Shown here: piece by piece, positions 35,066 to 44,762 of the stretch
How the letters are laid out: every line of letters begins with the position of its first letter
Numbering within the stretch: position 1 is the stretch's first letter
Source: a virus
Taxonomy: Duplodnaviria; Caudoviricetes
DNA length: 52,764 nt
Direction: 5' to 3' (one strand)
Virus record (IMG/VR): IMGVR_UViG_3300032288_004603
Span: 1 to 52,764 of that record
Program-made: the position numbers and the translations under genes
The notes under the pieces: model-generated
Database searches by the model: none
The model's input: only the letters and a program-made list of their open reading frames with translations
What the model was told of the DNA's origin: nothing

Positions 35066-36603
35066 TATACTAGCTCTACTAATTTACCAAGTTTACCTCT
35101 GATTTCAGTTAAGGTTGTTGTGTTATAGAAATTACCATCTGAATAGATTGTTTTTAATTCACCAGTATTTTCACCTTCCCATGTGCACCTATCGATTAGA
35201 TAATAATCACCATCCACATCTTTTTTAACACATAGTAAACCAGTTGCTGATTTCTTTGTCCCATCATCAGTGATTGGGTCTTTGAAGATTTCTCTACCTT
35301 CAGGGTTGAAGTCACCATCAAACTTAGGTTTGTTAACTTCAACGTATGTCGCTTTCATTGCAAATCCGAAAGTATCTCTGGTATTGTATTGGTAAGTGAA
35401 TGAACCGATACCTAATACTACGTTTGTTGATGCAAATCCTTTTGCTTCTAATCTTCTACAGATTTCATCTGCTCTATCGATTGTGATTGAGTCACCGTAG
35501 ATTGCTCCGATGTGTGGGTCAATAACTTTGTAACCTTGTTCGTTGATTGTTCCACCGAATACATCCCAAAGCAATTCAACTACACCTTTGTATTTTGGGT
35601 GTGTTAAATCTAAATCAGCATTTTCGACAACATCTCTGTAATCACGAGATATAACTTGTTCACCACAAAGAATATCTACTGGGTCACCAGAGTCAGGACG
35701 AATAACCAATTTACCATCACGATTCATAATTTCTTCTTTCAAAGTAACTATGTGTTCAGTACATACTTTCCATAAGTCCCAAGTATCAGATACAACTGAT
35801 AGGATTCCAGTTGGGTATGTTTCCAATAATCTTCTGAATGTATCGATTTCATCTTCTTTACCACCAGCACACATAACTGAGTGTTCTGTTGCATTAACTG
35901 AACCAGCGATAAATCCAGTTTCACCATAGTATTTTCTTGCACCATAGATTGCTGGAAGAGAATCTGAACCAGAGAATGATGTTAGGTGACCAATACCAGA
36001 TGATACAGTTGCATCGATTGAATCCATACCTCTCATTGAGAAATCGTGACCTTGCCAGTCAATAAACCAACCTTTTTCAGCATCAGTTTTTTCTTGCCAT
36101 TTTGTTAATACCTTTCTGTAGTTATGTGCAATGGTTGCTGAAGTCATTGGTTTCCACAATAAGTTGGAAATGATTGTTTCCAAATAGTTGGTAATCCAAT
36201 AGAACTCTGGAATTGTGTTATAGATTGTAAGCACTGGAACCTTAGCTGGTACAACTGTACCTTCTTCGATTGCTTTAACTTTGATTGGTAGATAACCTAA
36301 ATCGTGTAATGCTTCAAAGTGTGACACATCGTAATCTGTGTTAAGATACATTGATAATTCACGTTTCATTTCACCACAAACAACTTCTTTTGGTTGTGAG
36401 AAGAAATCTCTATCGAAAGATTCGTGGATTATTTTCATAACCATTTGTTGTCCAAACGAAACGATTTCGTTGCAATGTTTTGGCGCATGTTTCAAGCTTC
36501 TTGGTGTGAAGTTTGAATAAACTAATGTTGTACCCTTTGGGTACATATTATGATGAGCCGTTTTATACCCATCAGTAAGTAATAAAGGATTTATGTTTTT
36601 CAT
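35065..36603 (-). CDS. nadV: nicotinamide phosphoribosyltransferase family (NAMPT / Namat-like)
   Basis: TDGYK, HDFSMRG, ATEHSVM, SVVSDTWD, VIRPDSGDP, IYGDSI and RDTFGFAMK motifs. Confidence 0.95.
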   Translation of the reverse strand: MKNINPLLLTDGYKTAHHNMYPKGTTLVYSNFTPRSLKHAPKHCNEIVSFGQQMVMKIIHESFDRDFFSQPKEVVCGEMKRELSMYLNTDYDVSHFEALHDLGYLPIKVKAIEEGTVVPAKVPVLTIYNTIPEFYWITNYLETIISNLLWKPMTSATIAHNYRKVLTKWQEKTDAEKGWFIDWQGHDFSMRGMDSIDATVSSGIGHLTSFSGSDSLPAIYGARKYYGETGFIAGSVNATEHSVMCAGGKEDEIDTFRRLLETYPTGILSVVSDTWDLWKVCTEHIVTLKEEIMNRDGKLVIRPDSGDPVDILCGEQVISRDYRDVVENADLDLTHPKYKGVVELLWDVFGGTINEQGYKVIDPHIGAIYGDSITIDRADEICRRLEAKGFASTNVVLGIGSFTYQYNTRDTFGFAMKATYVEVNKPKFDGDFNPEGREIFKDPITDDGTKKSATGLLCVKKDVDGDYYLIDRCTWEGENTGELKTIYSDGNFYNTTTLTEIRGKLGKLVELV

Positions 36604-36616
36604 TTTTTATGTTTTT

Positions 36617-36685
36617 TTAAATAAACATATGGATATAATTAAAAGTCTTATAGCCATCCGTTAAAAGTAATGGATTGATTCTCAT
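36617..36685 (-). pseudogene. truncated duplicate of the NAMPT N-terminus
   Basis: Encodes MRINPLLLTDGYKTFNYIHMFI*, versus MKNINPLLLTDGYKT of the downstream gene. Confidence 0.8.
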
Positions 36686-36690
36686 ATTAT

Positions 36691-36864
36691 TTATTTTTCT
36701 TTTTGGATTACCACTGCAAACTTACCATTAAGTTTTTCTGACCAACTGTGGCTACCTGATAGTGCCACATATTGTGCGGTTACTGAAACTACTTCCCAAC
36801 CTTCCTCTAACCAGTCGTTCACTTCTTCTTCAGATTCCACAATTAAAAATTTTTGTTCTTTCAT
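36691..36864 (-). CDS. small hypothetical protein
   Basis: MKEQKF...GWEVVSV; packed in operon. Confidence 0.7.
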   Translation of the reverse strand: MKEQKFLIVESEEEVNDWLEEGWEVVSVTAQYVALSGSHSWSEKLNGKFAVVIQKEK

Positions 36865-36865
36865 A

Positions 36866-37348
36866 TTATTTATTTTCCACAAAGGTAGTAATAAAAAAGT
36901 TATCATGCAAGAGATTTTCAATATTTTCGTATAAAGGTATGTTAAATCTTTCGCAAACTATCTCAACATTACCTTTTCTCCAGAAACCTTCTGGGCAGCA
37001 AACCAATAATTTACCGCTTGAAGCATATAGACCCAACTCAAGTAACGATATTGGTGATTTTGAGTCTGGTAATAGGTATAAGATGATAATGTCTGATTTA
37101 TTTAAGGCATCCAATTCCCAATTAACTTGTTGGTAGAATTGTGGGTTTTCGATTCTTTGTTCCCAAGATGAATCCCATTCTTCACGTCTAGGATTTAGAA
37201 TAGTATAAGGTCTATCAGATAATGCTTCAGTGATTTTTGTTTGCCAATCTTCTGAATTACCCATTTCTATGGTACCAGCCAAAAATATTTTGAGGTGGTT
37301 TTTTCTACTGTTTTTGACAACAGAATGTGGTGGTTTAATTACGTTCAT
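36866..37348 (-). CDS. nucleoside 2-deoxyribosyltransferase-like protein
   Basis: IFLAGTI, WQ, NPRR, QVNWE, SPISLLELG and RKGNV motifs. Confidence 0.85.
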   Translation of the reverse strand: MNVIKPPHSVVKNSRKNHLKIFLAGTIEMGNSEDWQTKITEALSDRPYTILNPRREEWDSSWEQRIENPQFYQQVNWELDALNKSDIIILYLLPDSKSPISLLELGLYASSGKLLVCCPEGFWRKGNVEIVCERFNIPLYENIENLLHDNFFITTFVENK

Positions 37349-37349
37349 A

Positions 37350-38249
37350 TTAGTATACATTTATTTGGGTTACATAATCATTTGTAACTGTATAATCTGA
37401 ATCCGATTCAACATTAATATCATATACGGAATTAGTACAATATATATGGTTTATGTGTTTATTTAATTCGTGAAAACCATTTGAAAATATACCGTGGGTA
37501 ATTGCTAACGATACTTTGGCTTGTGGTCTCATTTCGTGAATTGCTTTTGCAATTTCAATGAATGTTCTACCACCATCACAAATATCATCAACGATTAAGA
37601 AATTGTTATTTGTGTGTTCACCAGCTTTAAGTGGAACATAAGTACTCAATATCTTACCTGTTTCAATATCTCTATGTTTTGATGCGATTAAGATATCTTT
37701 TTTATAGTCTAATTTTTCAGCTAAATTATAAATTTTCTTAAGTGCCCCAGCATCTGGTGAGATTAATGTGAATGAATCAACAGCATTTTGCAAACTAATT
37801 TGATTTTGTTTTGTTAAAGCAATTTTAATAAACCAAGAGTTATCCACAACTTCAAGATTATTTATACATGCTGCCGCAACATCACTGTGTGCATCAATAC
37901 AAGTTACTGTAGTGTAATTTTGTGCATTTAATATTGGTGCTATAACATCTCTCAAATAGGATGTACCACCTTCAAGAAATTTTCTATCACTTCTTGCACC
38001 CAAAATATATGGAATGTACAAGTGAATTTTTTCAACTTTTAAATTTCTAAGTGCCTTTGTTGCACATATTATTAACTCAAAATCTTTAAAATTATTGAAA
38101 CTTGACTTGATTATGACCTCATTAACTGGTTTTACAGGTGTAACTGCACCCATTTTTGTTATGGTAACATCTTGTTGACCATCTGGGAATTTTGATATTT
38201 TGTATTTAATATCACTAGACTCCTGGTAAACTAAATTTAATTCTAACAT
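37350..38249 (-). CDS. prs: ribose-phosphate pyrophosphokinase family (Prs / Adps-like)
   Basis: FPDGQ, PYILGARSDR, DAHS, SPDAGA, VDDICDGGRTF and THGIF motifs. Confidence 0.9.
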   Translation of the reverse strand: MLELNLVYQESSDIKYKISKFPDGQQDVTITKMGAVTPVKPVNEVIIKSSFNNFKDFELIICATKALRNLKVEKIHLYIPYILGARSDRKFLEGGTSYLRDVIAPILNAQNYTTVTCIDAHSDVAAACINNLEVVDNSWFIKIALTKQNQISLQNAVDSFTLISPDAGALKKIYNLAEKLDYKKDILIASKHRDIETGKILSTYVPLKAGEHTNNNFLIVDDICDGGRTFIEIAKAIHEMRPQAKVSLAITHGIFSNGFHELNKHINHIYCTNSVYDINVESDSDYTVTNDYVTQINVY

Positions 38250-38252
38250 AAT

Positions 38253-38477
38253 TTATTTATTATTTTCTATATTATTGGGAAATGTGTGGAATTCTAATGA
38301 ATCCAAATCTATTTTATCTTCTTTAAATCGGTTATGCCTTTTTACCGTGGTATTAATAGCTTGGTTTGTTTTATTAATTATTTTGGTTGTCAATTCATTT
38401 AAGGTGTATTCATTATCAATAGTAAATTCTGATAATGACACCTTTATGGTTATTGTTTTATATTTTCTTTTAAACAT
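38253..38477 (-). CDS. hypothetical protein
   Basis: Overlapping start/stop with neighbour. Confidence 0.6.
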   Translation of the reverse strand: MFKRKYKTITIKVSLSEFTIDNEYTLNELTTKIINKTNQAINTTVKRHNRFKEDKIDLDSLEFHTFPNNIENNK

Positions 38478-38664
38478 CATCAGTAGCTTTAAATGAAACG
38501 GAAAGTATAAAAAGTTCAAAAAATACTAATATTATTCTACCAACTGCATTATTAATTAACCACCAATTTGATGGATTTAAGTCAAAAGCAATGAATGAAC
38601 CTATTAAGTACCAAAATAAGTTACCAGCTAAAAACCACAATAATAATTTACCAAAAAACCCCAT
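38470..38664 (-). CDS. small two-TM membrane protein
   Basis: Hydrophobic, FDLNPSNW loop. Confidence 0.7.
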   Translation of the reverse strand: MGFFGKLLLWFLAGNLFWYLIGSFIAFDLNPSNWWLINNAVGRIILVFFELFILSVSFKATDDV

Positions 38665-38667
38665 AGT

Positions 38668-39015
38668 TTATTTTTTATAAAGTAATACACCACAACAATT
38701 ATCTAAGTTTTGGTTGATTAACTCAATTTCTAATTCATCATCATCAAAATGTATATCAAAATTATATAATGATTTCCATTTATCTTCACCTTCTGTAAAT
38801 TTAATTCTATCAACTGGTATTCCAACCTGTTCAGCGATTTCAAATAGAAACTCATTTTGGGTGATAATCCATGGCCAACCTTTGGACCTACCATGTTCAG
38901 ATGATAATCTGGATGTTGTAATCCAAACTTCATGACCAGCATCTATAAATTTTTTGGCTAACTTTTGGTTTTTTTCTTCTGATAAGGTTGAATCAAAGTC
39001 AAATGATATTTTCAT
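38668..39015 (-). CDS. HAD-superfamily phosphatase-like protein
   Basis: ISFDFDSTL (DxD), ITTSR and HFDDD motifs. Confidence 0.75.
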   Translation of the reverse strand: MKISFDFDSTLSEEKNQKLAKKFIDAGHEVWITTSRLSSEHGRSKGWPWIITQNEFLFEIAEQVGIPVDRIKFTEGEDKWKSLYNFDIHFDDDELEIELINQNLDNCCGVLLYKK

Positions 39016-39269
39016 AAACGATTTGCGATTACTTTAATAATTTCTTCTTCTTCATTTGTTAACCTATGGCGTGATTTTCCTAGTTTAAATAAAGCTTCCA
39101 AAAACATTTCATCATGTATGGATTTTGCATCATCTTGAACTACGATTATATCGTTTAAATAACCATCCTCCTTTAATACTTCAATAAGTTCAGTTATTTC
39201 ACGTTCTGAACATGCATCAACAAAATCACTTGGTGATATATCCAAGTCATCAACATAAAAATCTGGCAT
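39012..39269 (-). CDS. hypothetical protein
   Basis: ATG MPDFYV downstream of minus-strand TATATTTG. Confidence 0.75.
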   Translation of the reverse strand: MPDFYVDDLDISPSDFVDACSEREITELIEVLKEDGYLNDIIVVQDDAKSIHDEMFLEALFKLGKSRHRLTNEEEEIIKVIANRL

Positions 39270-39386
39270 AATAATTAATTTTAGGATACAAATATATGAG
39301 TATTTTTTTAATTGTGCAATTTTTTTTGATTTTTTTTTGTAGATTAGAAAATAATTTTTATCTTTGTAAAAATAAATGTTATAATT

Positions 39387-40547
39387 ATGAGTGAAAAAGT
39401 TGTTTATAAAGAATTGTATTCTTACCAACCACAATCGGTTGACACATTATTTAAGATTTACGAAAAAAGTAAATTTAATGCTAGGGTATATTTTATGAAT
39501 GAAAATCCATCAATATTTCATAAAACCAGATTGGGCATTTTTGAGGAACCAAATGGTGATTTTAGTATTGTATATTTTAGAAGAAATTATGGTATAAGTA
39601 AAACTAGTAAAATGTATAATAGAGAATCTAGGGTATTTTCTATTATAAAAAAGGGTAATAAATTCTATTTTAAAAATAGATTGGGTATTAAACCATTAAT
39701 TCATAACCATTTAAAAAATTGTGAACATTATAAGCTTATTGTATCTGAAATGGTTAGCAAATTACCATGGTTGAGATATTTGACTGAACATGATGTTATA
39801 TCGTCAGTTTCATTTAACACAATATATAGTAAGAAAATATTTTCATTGGATAAGGCATTAAAGTATCAGTATAAACTACCATCACCAGCCGCAAAATTGC
39901 TACATGGGTTAAAAAATTACAGTCACCAAGCTAATTATTTGAGATATTATATTGAATATTTGGTTAATATTGAGAACTTACATAACACATTACCCACTTA
40001 TGATTTTGGTATTTTCTATGATACAGTAAAAATGGCAAAAACATTGGATAGGAAGGTTAATTGTTCTTGGTCAGCAAGAAGATTAAAGGAAGAACATGAT
40101 GAATGGTCAAAAGAAATAACTGATATTGTATTTACTGAAGGTGATAGGTTAATGTCTATTAATGATATATTTGTTAGATTTGCGGATAGTAGCGGTTTTA
40201 AATTATTAAGAACCACTAAGGAAATGAATATTGAAGGTAGGAAAAATGACCATTGTGTTGCAACATATGTTAATAAAGTTGACAATGGTAGTTGTGGTAT
40301 TTATAGTATTAATGGTTATACTTTAGAATTAAACACAAAATGGGTTAATAATCACACTAGTTTGACGTTGATGATTGTGCAATTCAGAGGTTATAAGAAT
40401 TGTAATGCACCTAAAGAATTATATGATATGGTAAAAATGGAATTATACAAATTTAATGGTGTGGAAGTACATGTTAAACAAGAATTTAGTGATATTTTTG
40501 AACTTGGGTTTGAATTACCAGGTGATTTATTAAATGACCCATTTTAA
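39387..40547 (+). CDS. PcfJ-like domain protein
   Basis: C-terminal EGRKNDHCVATY...TLEL...QFRGYKN. Confidence 0.75.
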   Translation: MSEKVVYKELYSYQPQSVDTLFKIYEKSKFNARVYFMNENPSIFHKTRLGIFEEPNGDFSIVYFRRNYGISKTSKMYNRESRVFSIIKKGNKFYFKNRLGIKPLIHNHLKNCEHYKLIVSEMVSKLPWLRYLTEHDVISSVSFNTIYSKKIFSLDKALKYQYKLPSPAAKLLHGLKNYSHQANYLRYYIEYLVNIENLHNTLPTYDFGIFYDTVKMAKTLDRKVNCSWSARRLKEEHDEWSKEITDIVFTEGDRLMSINDIFVRFADSSGFKLLRTTKEMNIEGRKNDHCVATYVNKVDNGSCGIYSINGYTLELNTKWVNNHTSLTLMIVQFRGYKNCNAPKELYDMVKMELYKFNGVEVHVKQEFSDIFELGFELPGDLLNDPF

Positions 40548-40942
40548 GATTCGTAAATCTCAGGATTTTGTCTACCGAATATTCTGATTAATTCACCAGC
40601 TTTAGCGTTTGCTTCATTTTCTTGTGGTGAACCATCATCACCAGCATGTGGGTTATTATCAAGTTCTCCACGCTGACTTTGTTTGTGATGAACCATTTCA
40701 TGAGCTAATGACCTTAACACGTCAACTAACGCTCTATTTTTAATATATACCTTTATAGAAGCTTCTGAATTATTATATACTGCGGTAGTTCTTATACCAT
40801 CTTTTTTATTTGTTAAAATAGCATTTACTTCACCTTCTATACCTAAATGGTCAATTACAAATTCCAAGAATTTTTGAACGATTGCTTTTTTAGGCATCAT
40901 TTCAATTTCTTCTCTTAATAATCCCCTTATAAATGTTTTCAT
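40544..40942 (-). CDS. HExxH zinc metallopeptidase-like protein
   Basis: LRSLAHEMVHHKQ...ENEANAKAG. Confidence 0.75.
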   Translation of the reverse strand: MKTFIRGLLREEIEMMPKKAIVQKFLEFVIDHLGIEGEVNAILTNKKDGIRTTAVYNNSEASIKVYIKNRALVDVLRSLAHEMVHHKQSQRGELDNNPHAGDDGSPQENEANAKAGELIRIFGRQNPEIYES

Positions 40943-41715
40943 ATATTACTACTTAACCTTTTTCTTCTTTCTTTTTCAATATTAATCAATTCTTGTTTTA
41001 ACTCCCTTTCCATATTTTTAATAATTTTGAATTGGGGGTCTTTTGGGGTTAATTTTCGTCTTTGAGCTGTCAAATCGTTTAATTTATTTCTTATTTCTTG
41101 CTCATCACCAAAATAACCTTTTTCAGATTTTGATTTCTTTGTATATAAATCTTCTTTACCCGCTAATTTTGCTAATTCATCTGGTGACATTTTAGATGCT
41201 CTAATTTCTTCACCTTTATCATCTAAATAACCCATATTATCTTTTAAAAATGAAATTATATCATCACCCATAAAAATCCTAACTTTTAATAAAGCATCAG
41301 ACATTGGTGAACTACCAATTGTGTAACCAACTCTTGTTTCATCATCATATTCTGGATGAGATATACCTCTATTTGCCGCAACATAAAAATATCTTTTATT
41401 TGGGTTTGGGTCATTATAAGTTCCTAATTGAGCTTTATTAATGATTCTATTTTCCTTACCCCTTAAATCACCATTTTTACTTAATTGTATTTCATATAAC
41501 CCATCACCAGTGTAGACATCACCCAACATTTGTTGTTCTTCTCTTGATAATGAATTAAATAATGTTTTTGCTTGATTTATTTTATTTACAGCATTAAATA
41601 ATTGACTTTGAGTGGTGTCAGAATTATCAATAGGTCCACTTGGATTAGCACTTGAATGAGTTGCTAATCTACCTTCTAGTAATATTCTAAGTTTATTTTG
41701 TATAAAATGTTTCAT
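40939..41715 (-). CDS. hypothetical protein with LLE N-terminal motif
   Basis: 258 aa; ATATTTAT upstream. Confidence 0.8.
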   Translation of the reverse strand: MKHFIQNKLRILLEGRLATHSSANPSGPIDNSDTTQSQLFNAVNKINQAKTLFNSLSREEQQMLGDVYTGDGLYEIQLSKNGDLRGKENRIINKAQLGTYNDPNPNKRYFYVAANRGISHPEYDDETRVGYTIGSSPMSDALLKVRIFMGDDIISFLKDNMGYLDDKGEEIRASKMSPDELAKLAGKEDLYTKKSKSEKGYFGDEQEIRNKLNDLTAQRRKLTPKDPQFKIIKNMERELKQELINIEKERRKRLSSNI

Positions 41716-41767
41716 TGTTGACTATAAATATTTGTTTTTTGGTTAAAAAATTAATATATTTGCATAT

Positions 41768-42256
41768 ATGGCAAATTATAATTTTAATAAGGATATTGAA
41801 ATAGGTGAAGCTGGTGAAGGTATTGTTAGACTTGATTTGGAATCAGTAGGTGGTAAATTTATTGGTGACAATAAAAATAACACACATGATTTAGTAATGG
41901 AAATGCCTAAAAGGGGTGGTAATGGTTGTAATTTAGTTAGTTATGAGATAAAAACTGATGTATTTTGTAGACCAGATTCAGATACTGGTAATTTATTTAT
42001 TGAATTTGAATCCAGGGGTAAGCAAAGTGGTGTAAGTGTAACCAAAGCTGAATGGTTTGTCACTTATTTCAAACATTTTAGAGAAATATGGTATATAAAA
42101 TCTGATAAATTGCGTCAATTGATATCAAATAATGAGTTTAGAATGACTGAATTAAGTGGTGATTTAAATAGTAATACCAAAGGGTATTTAATACCGAGAT
42201 ATCAGTTTAAAAAACATTTTAAAGTTAGGAAGGTTCCAAAAAATTTAACAAAATAA
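41768..42256 (+). CDS. PD-(D/E)XK nuclease-like protein
   Basis: HDL...EIKTD...TGNLFIEFE..GK.SG...TKAEW pattern. Confidence 0.7.
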   Translation: MANYNFNKDIEIGEAGEGIVRLDLESVGGKFIGDNKNNTHDLVMEMPKRGGNGCNLVSYEIKTDVFCRPDSDTGNLFIEFESRGKQSGVSVTKAEWFVTYFKHFREIWYIKSDKLRQLISNNEFRMTELSGDLNSNTKGYLIPRYQFKKHFKVRKVPKNLTK

Positions 42257-42303
42257 TTTTATATCTTAGTTTATTTTCAGATATTTATCAATAAACAGTT
42301 ATT

Positions 42304-42747
42304 ATGAAAATTATACTTACCGAAAAACAATTAGAGTTATTAAAGTTGATTACTGAGAATGAAGATGTTATTAATCAATTTACAAATAGAATAAATGCGA
42401 TTAATGGTTCACTTAATAAACTTTACACTGATATTAATTTCATAAGTATCGCTGAATTATTAAATGGTGAAGTTGATTTATCTAATTTTACAGGTAGACT
42501 TGATAAAATTGAGGACTTGTATCATGCATTATCAAATGAGATGACCAAATATTTTAATTCATTCGGTGAAGATGCTTATTTTGATAAATGGGTGTCGATA
42601 CATGATAAGTTAGATGATATAAATCATAAAAATTTTGATAAAAGCAATGTAATATCCTCAATATTAATGGATTTGGATTCATTAGTTATTGACAATGAAA
42701 ATACTAAAAATTTATTTTCTGATATTAAATCAATAAATTTATCTTAA
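42304..42747 (+). CDS. hypothetical protein with ILTEKQ N-terminal motif
   Basis: ATATTTAT upstream. Confidence 0.8.
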   Translation: MKIILTEKQLELLKLITENEDVINQFTNRINAINGSLNKLYTDINFISIAELLNGEVDLSNFTGRLDKIEDLYHALSNEMTKYFNSFGEDAYFDKWVSIHDKLDDINHKNFDKSNVISSILMDLDSLVIDNENTKNLFSDIKSINLS

Positions 42748-42803
42748 GAAGTTTGGTGGTTTGAAAAATTATTCTTATCTTTGTTTTATAAACAAATAAA
42801 GAT

Positions 42804-43379
42804 ATGAAAAATTTAATTTATTTATTAGCAGTATCACTAGTTTTAATTACTAGTTCTTGTCAAAAAGAAAACATACAACCAACTGTTCAGCAAGAACAAA
42901 CCATTCAACAAATAAGATTATATGGTAAATGGTTATTAGTTGGCGGTTCTATGTATATGACTAATTTAGAAACTGGACAAAAAACAAAATATAACCATTT
43001 TGGACCTAATAAAACAACTAGTAGTTTAGATTACAATGGTTCTGATATTGAACTTGAGACTATTGAAGTTAATGTTACAACTTGGTCATTTTACCAACCA
43101 CCAGCAGTTCCTGGATATGGTAACTTTGTTTTAAATGGTGATATGCAAAATCCTTATGGTTTTTATGTAACCAAAAATAACTGGACAATTATGGAGCACC
43201 CACAGGCGACATCATCAAATATGCAAATGGGTGGTTCGTCTAGACCAATAAGTTCTGAACTTTGTAATATTTCAGATTCTACAGCATATTTTTACATACA
43301 AGAAGGTTATACTTCTATAAATGGTCAAAACTACACATATATTTCAGAATTGAAATTTCGCAAAATTGAATCATGGTAA
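42804..43379 (+). CDS. lipoprotein, lipocalin-like
   Basis: Signal peptide II ...LITSS-C-QKE; LYGKWLL motif; cassette-type promoter. Confidence 0.8.
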   Translation: MKNLIYLLAVSLVLITSSCQKENIQPTVQQEQTIQQIRLYGKWLLVGGSMYMTNLETGQKTKYNHFGPNKTTSSLDYNGSDIELETIEVNVTTWSFYQPPAVPGYGNFVLNGDMQNPYGFYVTKNNWTIMEHPQATSSNMQMGGSSRPISSELCNISDSTAYFYIQEGYTSINGQNYTYISELKFRKIESW

Positions 43380-43525
43380 CTAAATTTATTTTGCACATGA
43401 TGATTATAGCATCTTTATGGATTATGTATTCATCAGACAATATAACCGAATTCATTGTTGGTATTTTGTTTTGGTTATATTATATGCGTAGATTATATAC
43501 CCATAATACTACTGATAGTCCCTAA
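43373..43525 (+). CDS. small membrane protein (50 aa)
   Basis: Read manually; overlaps upstream stop. Confidence 0.5.
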   Translation: MVTKFILHMMIIASLWIMYSSDNITEFIVGILFWLYYMRRLYTHNTTDSP

Positions 43526-43826
43526 TTTTAAAATAATTAAATATAATTAATTTAGATTCATATTGGGTTAAGTCAAATGTGTTTGAAACATTATTAATTA
43601 ATACTTGTAGAAATTGTTTTTTTTCTGTTGAAACTAGGTATAAACTCCCATTAACAAATATGGTTCTCTTAAATTTACCATTAATTTTGTTTCTTAATAT
43701 TGGGTATGCTAGTTTTAAATATCTAAATGCTAATGAATTTATAACTTCATCAGAATGTAGTAATACAGTGGTCTCCAAAATCATCCCACTCGTCTTGTTC
43801 ATATTTTTCTTTGGTCTTAACTTCAT
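43509..43826 (-). CDS. hypothetical protein
   Basis: ATG after minus-strand TATCTTTG. Confidence 0.65.
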   Translation of the reverse strand: MKLRPKKNMNKTSGMILETTVLLHSDEVINSLAFRYLKLAYPILRNKINGKFKRTIFVNGSLYLVSTEKKQFLQVLINNVSNTFDLTQYESKLIIFNYFKIRDYQ

Positions 43827-43903
43827 TATTCATTTTTTATAGTTTTTACAAAGATAAATATGGTTTTTTAAAAATAAAGTTAGTATTTTTACAAAAAAAA
43901 ATT

Positions 43904-44062
43904 ATGTTATTATATTTTTTAATTTATTGTTTATTTGGTATGTTATGGTTTGGTATTATTCACAAACGTATTAGTATAACAAATATGTTACAACCAACAT
44001 TTTTAATTATTATGTGGCCATTACATGTTATCATTTTTTTATTTCCAAAAACATGGTATTGA
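43904..44062 (+). CDS. small membrane protein
   Basis: Hydrophobic, WP motif. Confidence 0.6.
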   Translation: MLLYFLIYCLFGMLWFGIIHKRISITNMLQPTFLIIMWPLHVIIFLFPKTWY

Positions 44063-44388
44063 CTTATTTTGATAAAATAGTGCATTATCAGATATGTGAT
44101 TTTTTATATGATGAATTTGTAAAATCACAAAAAGGTAAAGTTAGTTATCAAACATTCACCAGTATGTGTAATGTATTAAGTAAAAAAATAAAGAATGGTG
44201 TGCTTTTAAGTAAATCTGAGCGAGCAATAGTTGCTAGAGTTATGGAAAGGTTAGGTTTATTTTTTGGGTTCAATGATAATGAATCTGTTAATTATACTTA
44301 CGAATTCTTTGTTGATGAAGTTTGGGGTAAATATCATTCATCAGTAAATGCAATTAATTCGGTTTTTTATCAAGCCAAAAATATTTAA
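44053..44388 (+). CDS. hypothetical protein
   Basis: ATG overlapping upstream gene end. Confidence 0.7.
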   Translation: MVLTYFDKIVHYQICDFLYDEFVKSQKGKVSYQTFTSMCNVLSKKIKNGVLLSKSERAIVARVMERLGLFFGFNDNESVNYTYEFFVDEVWGKYHSSVNAINSVFYQAKNI

Positions 44389-44403
44389 TAATAAAGTAAA
44401 GTT

Positions 44404-44712
44404 ATGAAAGTAGTAGAATTAAACTCAGAAAATTTTGAAGATTTAGTGTTAAAATCTGAAACACCAGTTTTAGTTGATTTTTGGGCACCATGGTGTGGTC
44501 CTTGTAGAATGTTGACACCAACATTAGAAAAATTAGCTGATGAAACTGAATCAGTAGTTGTTGCAAAGCTAAATGTTGATGAAAATCAGGCGTTGGCGGC
44601 CAAATATCAAGTTAGGGGTATACCAACATTAATGTTATTTAAAGGTGGTAATTTAGATAAAAAAGTATCTGGAGTCCAAACCTTAGATAATTTAAAACAA
44701 TTCATTAATTAA
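44404..44712 (+). CDS. trxA: thioredoxin
   Basis: VDFWAPWCGPC, IPTL. Confidence 0.95.
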   Translation: MKVVELNSENFEDLVLKSETPVLVDFWAPWCGPCRMLTPTLEKLADETESVVVAKLNVDENQALAAKYQVRGIPTLMLFKGGNLDKKVSGVQTLDNLKQFIN

Positions 44713-44715
44713 TTT

Positions 44716-44739
44716 AAAGCGGGGTTACCCGCTTTTTTT
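44716..44739 (+). terminator. intrinsic terminator
   Basis: AAAGCGGG-GTTA-CCCGCTTT + T run. Confidence 0.8.
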
Positions 44740-44762
44740 ATATTAATTAAATATTTATTGAT

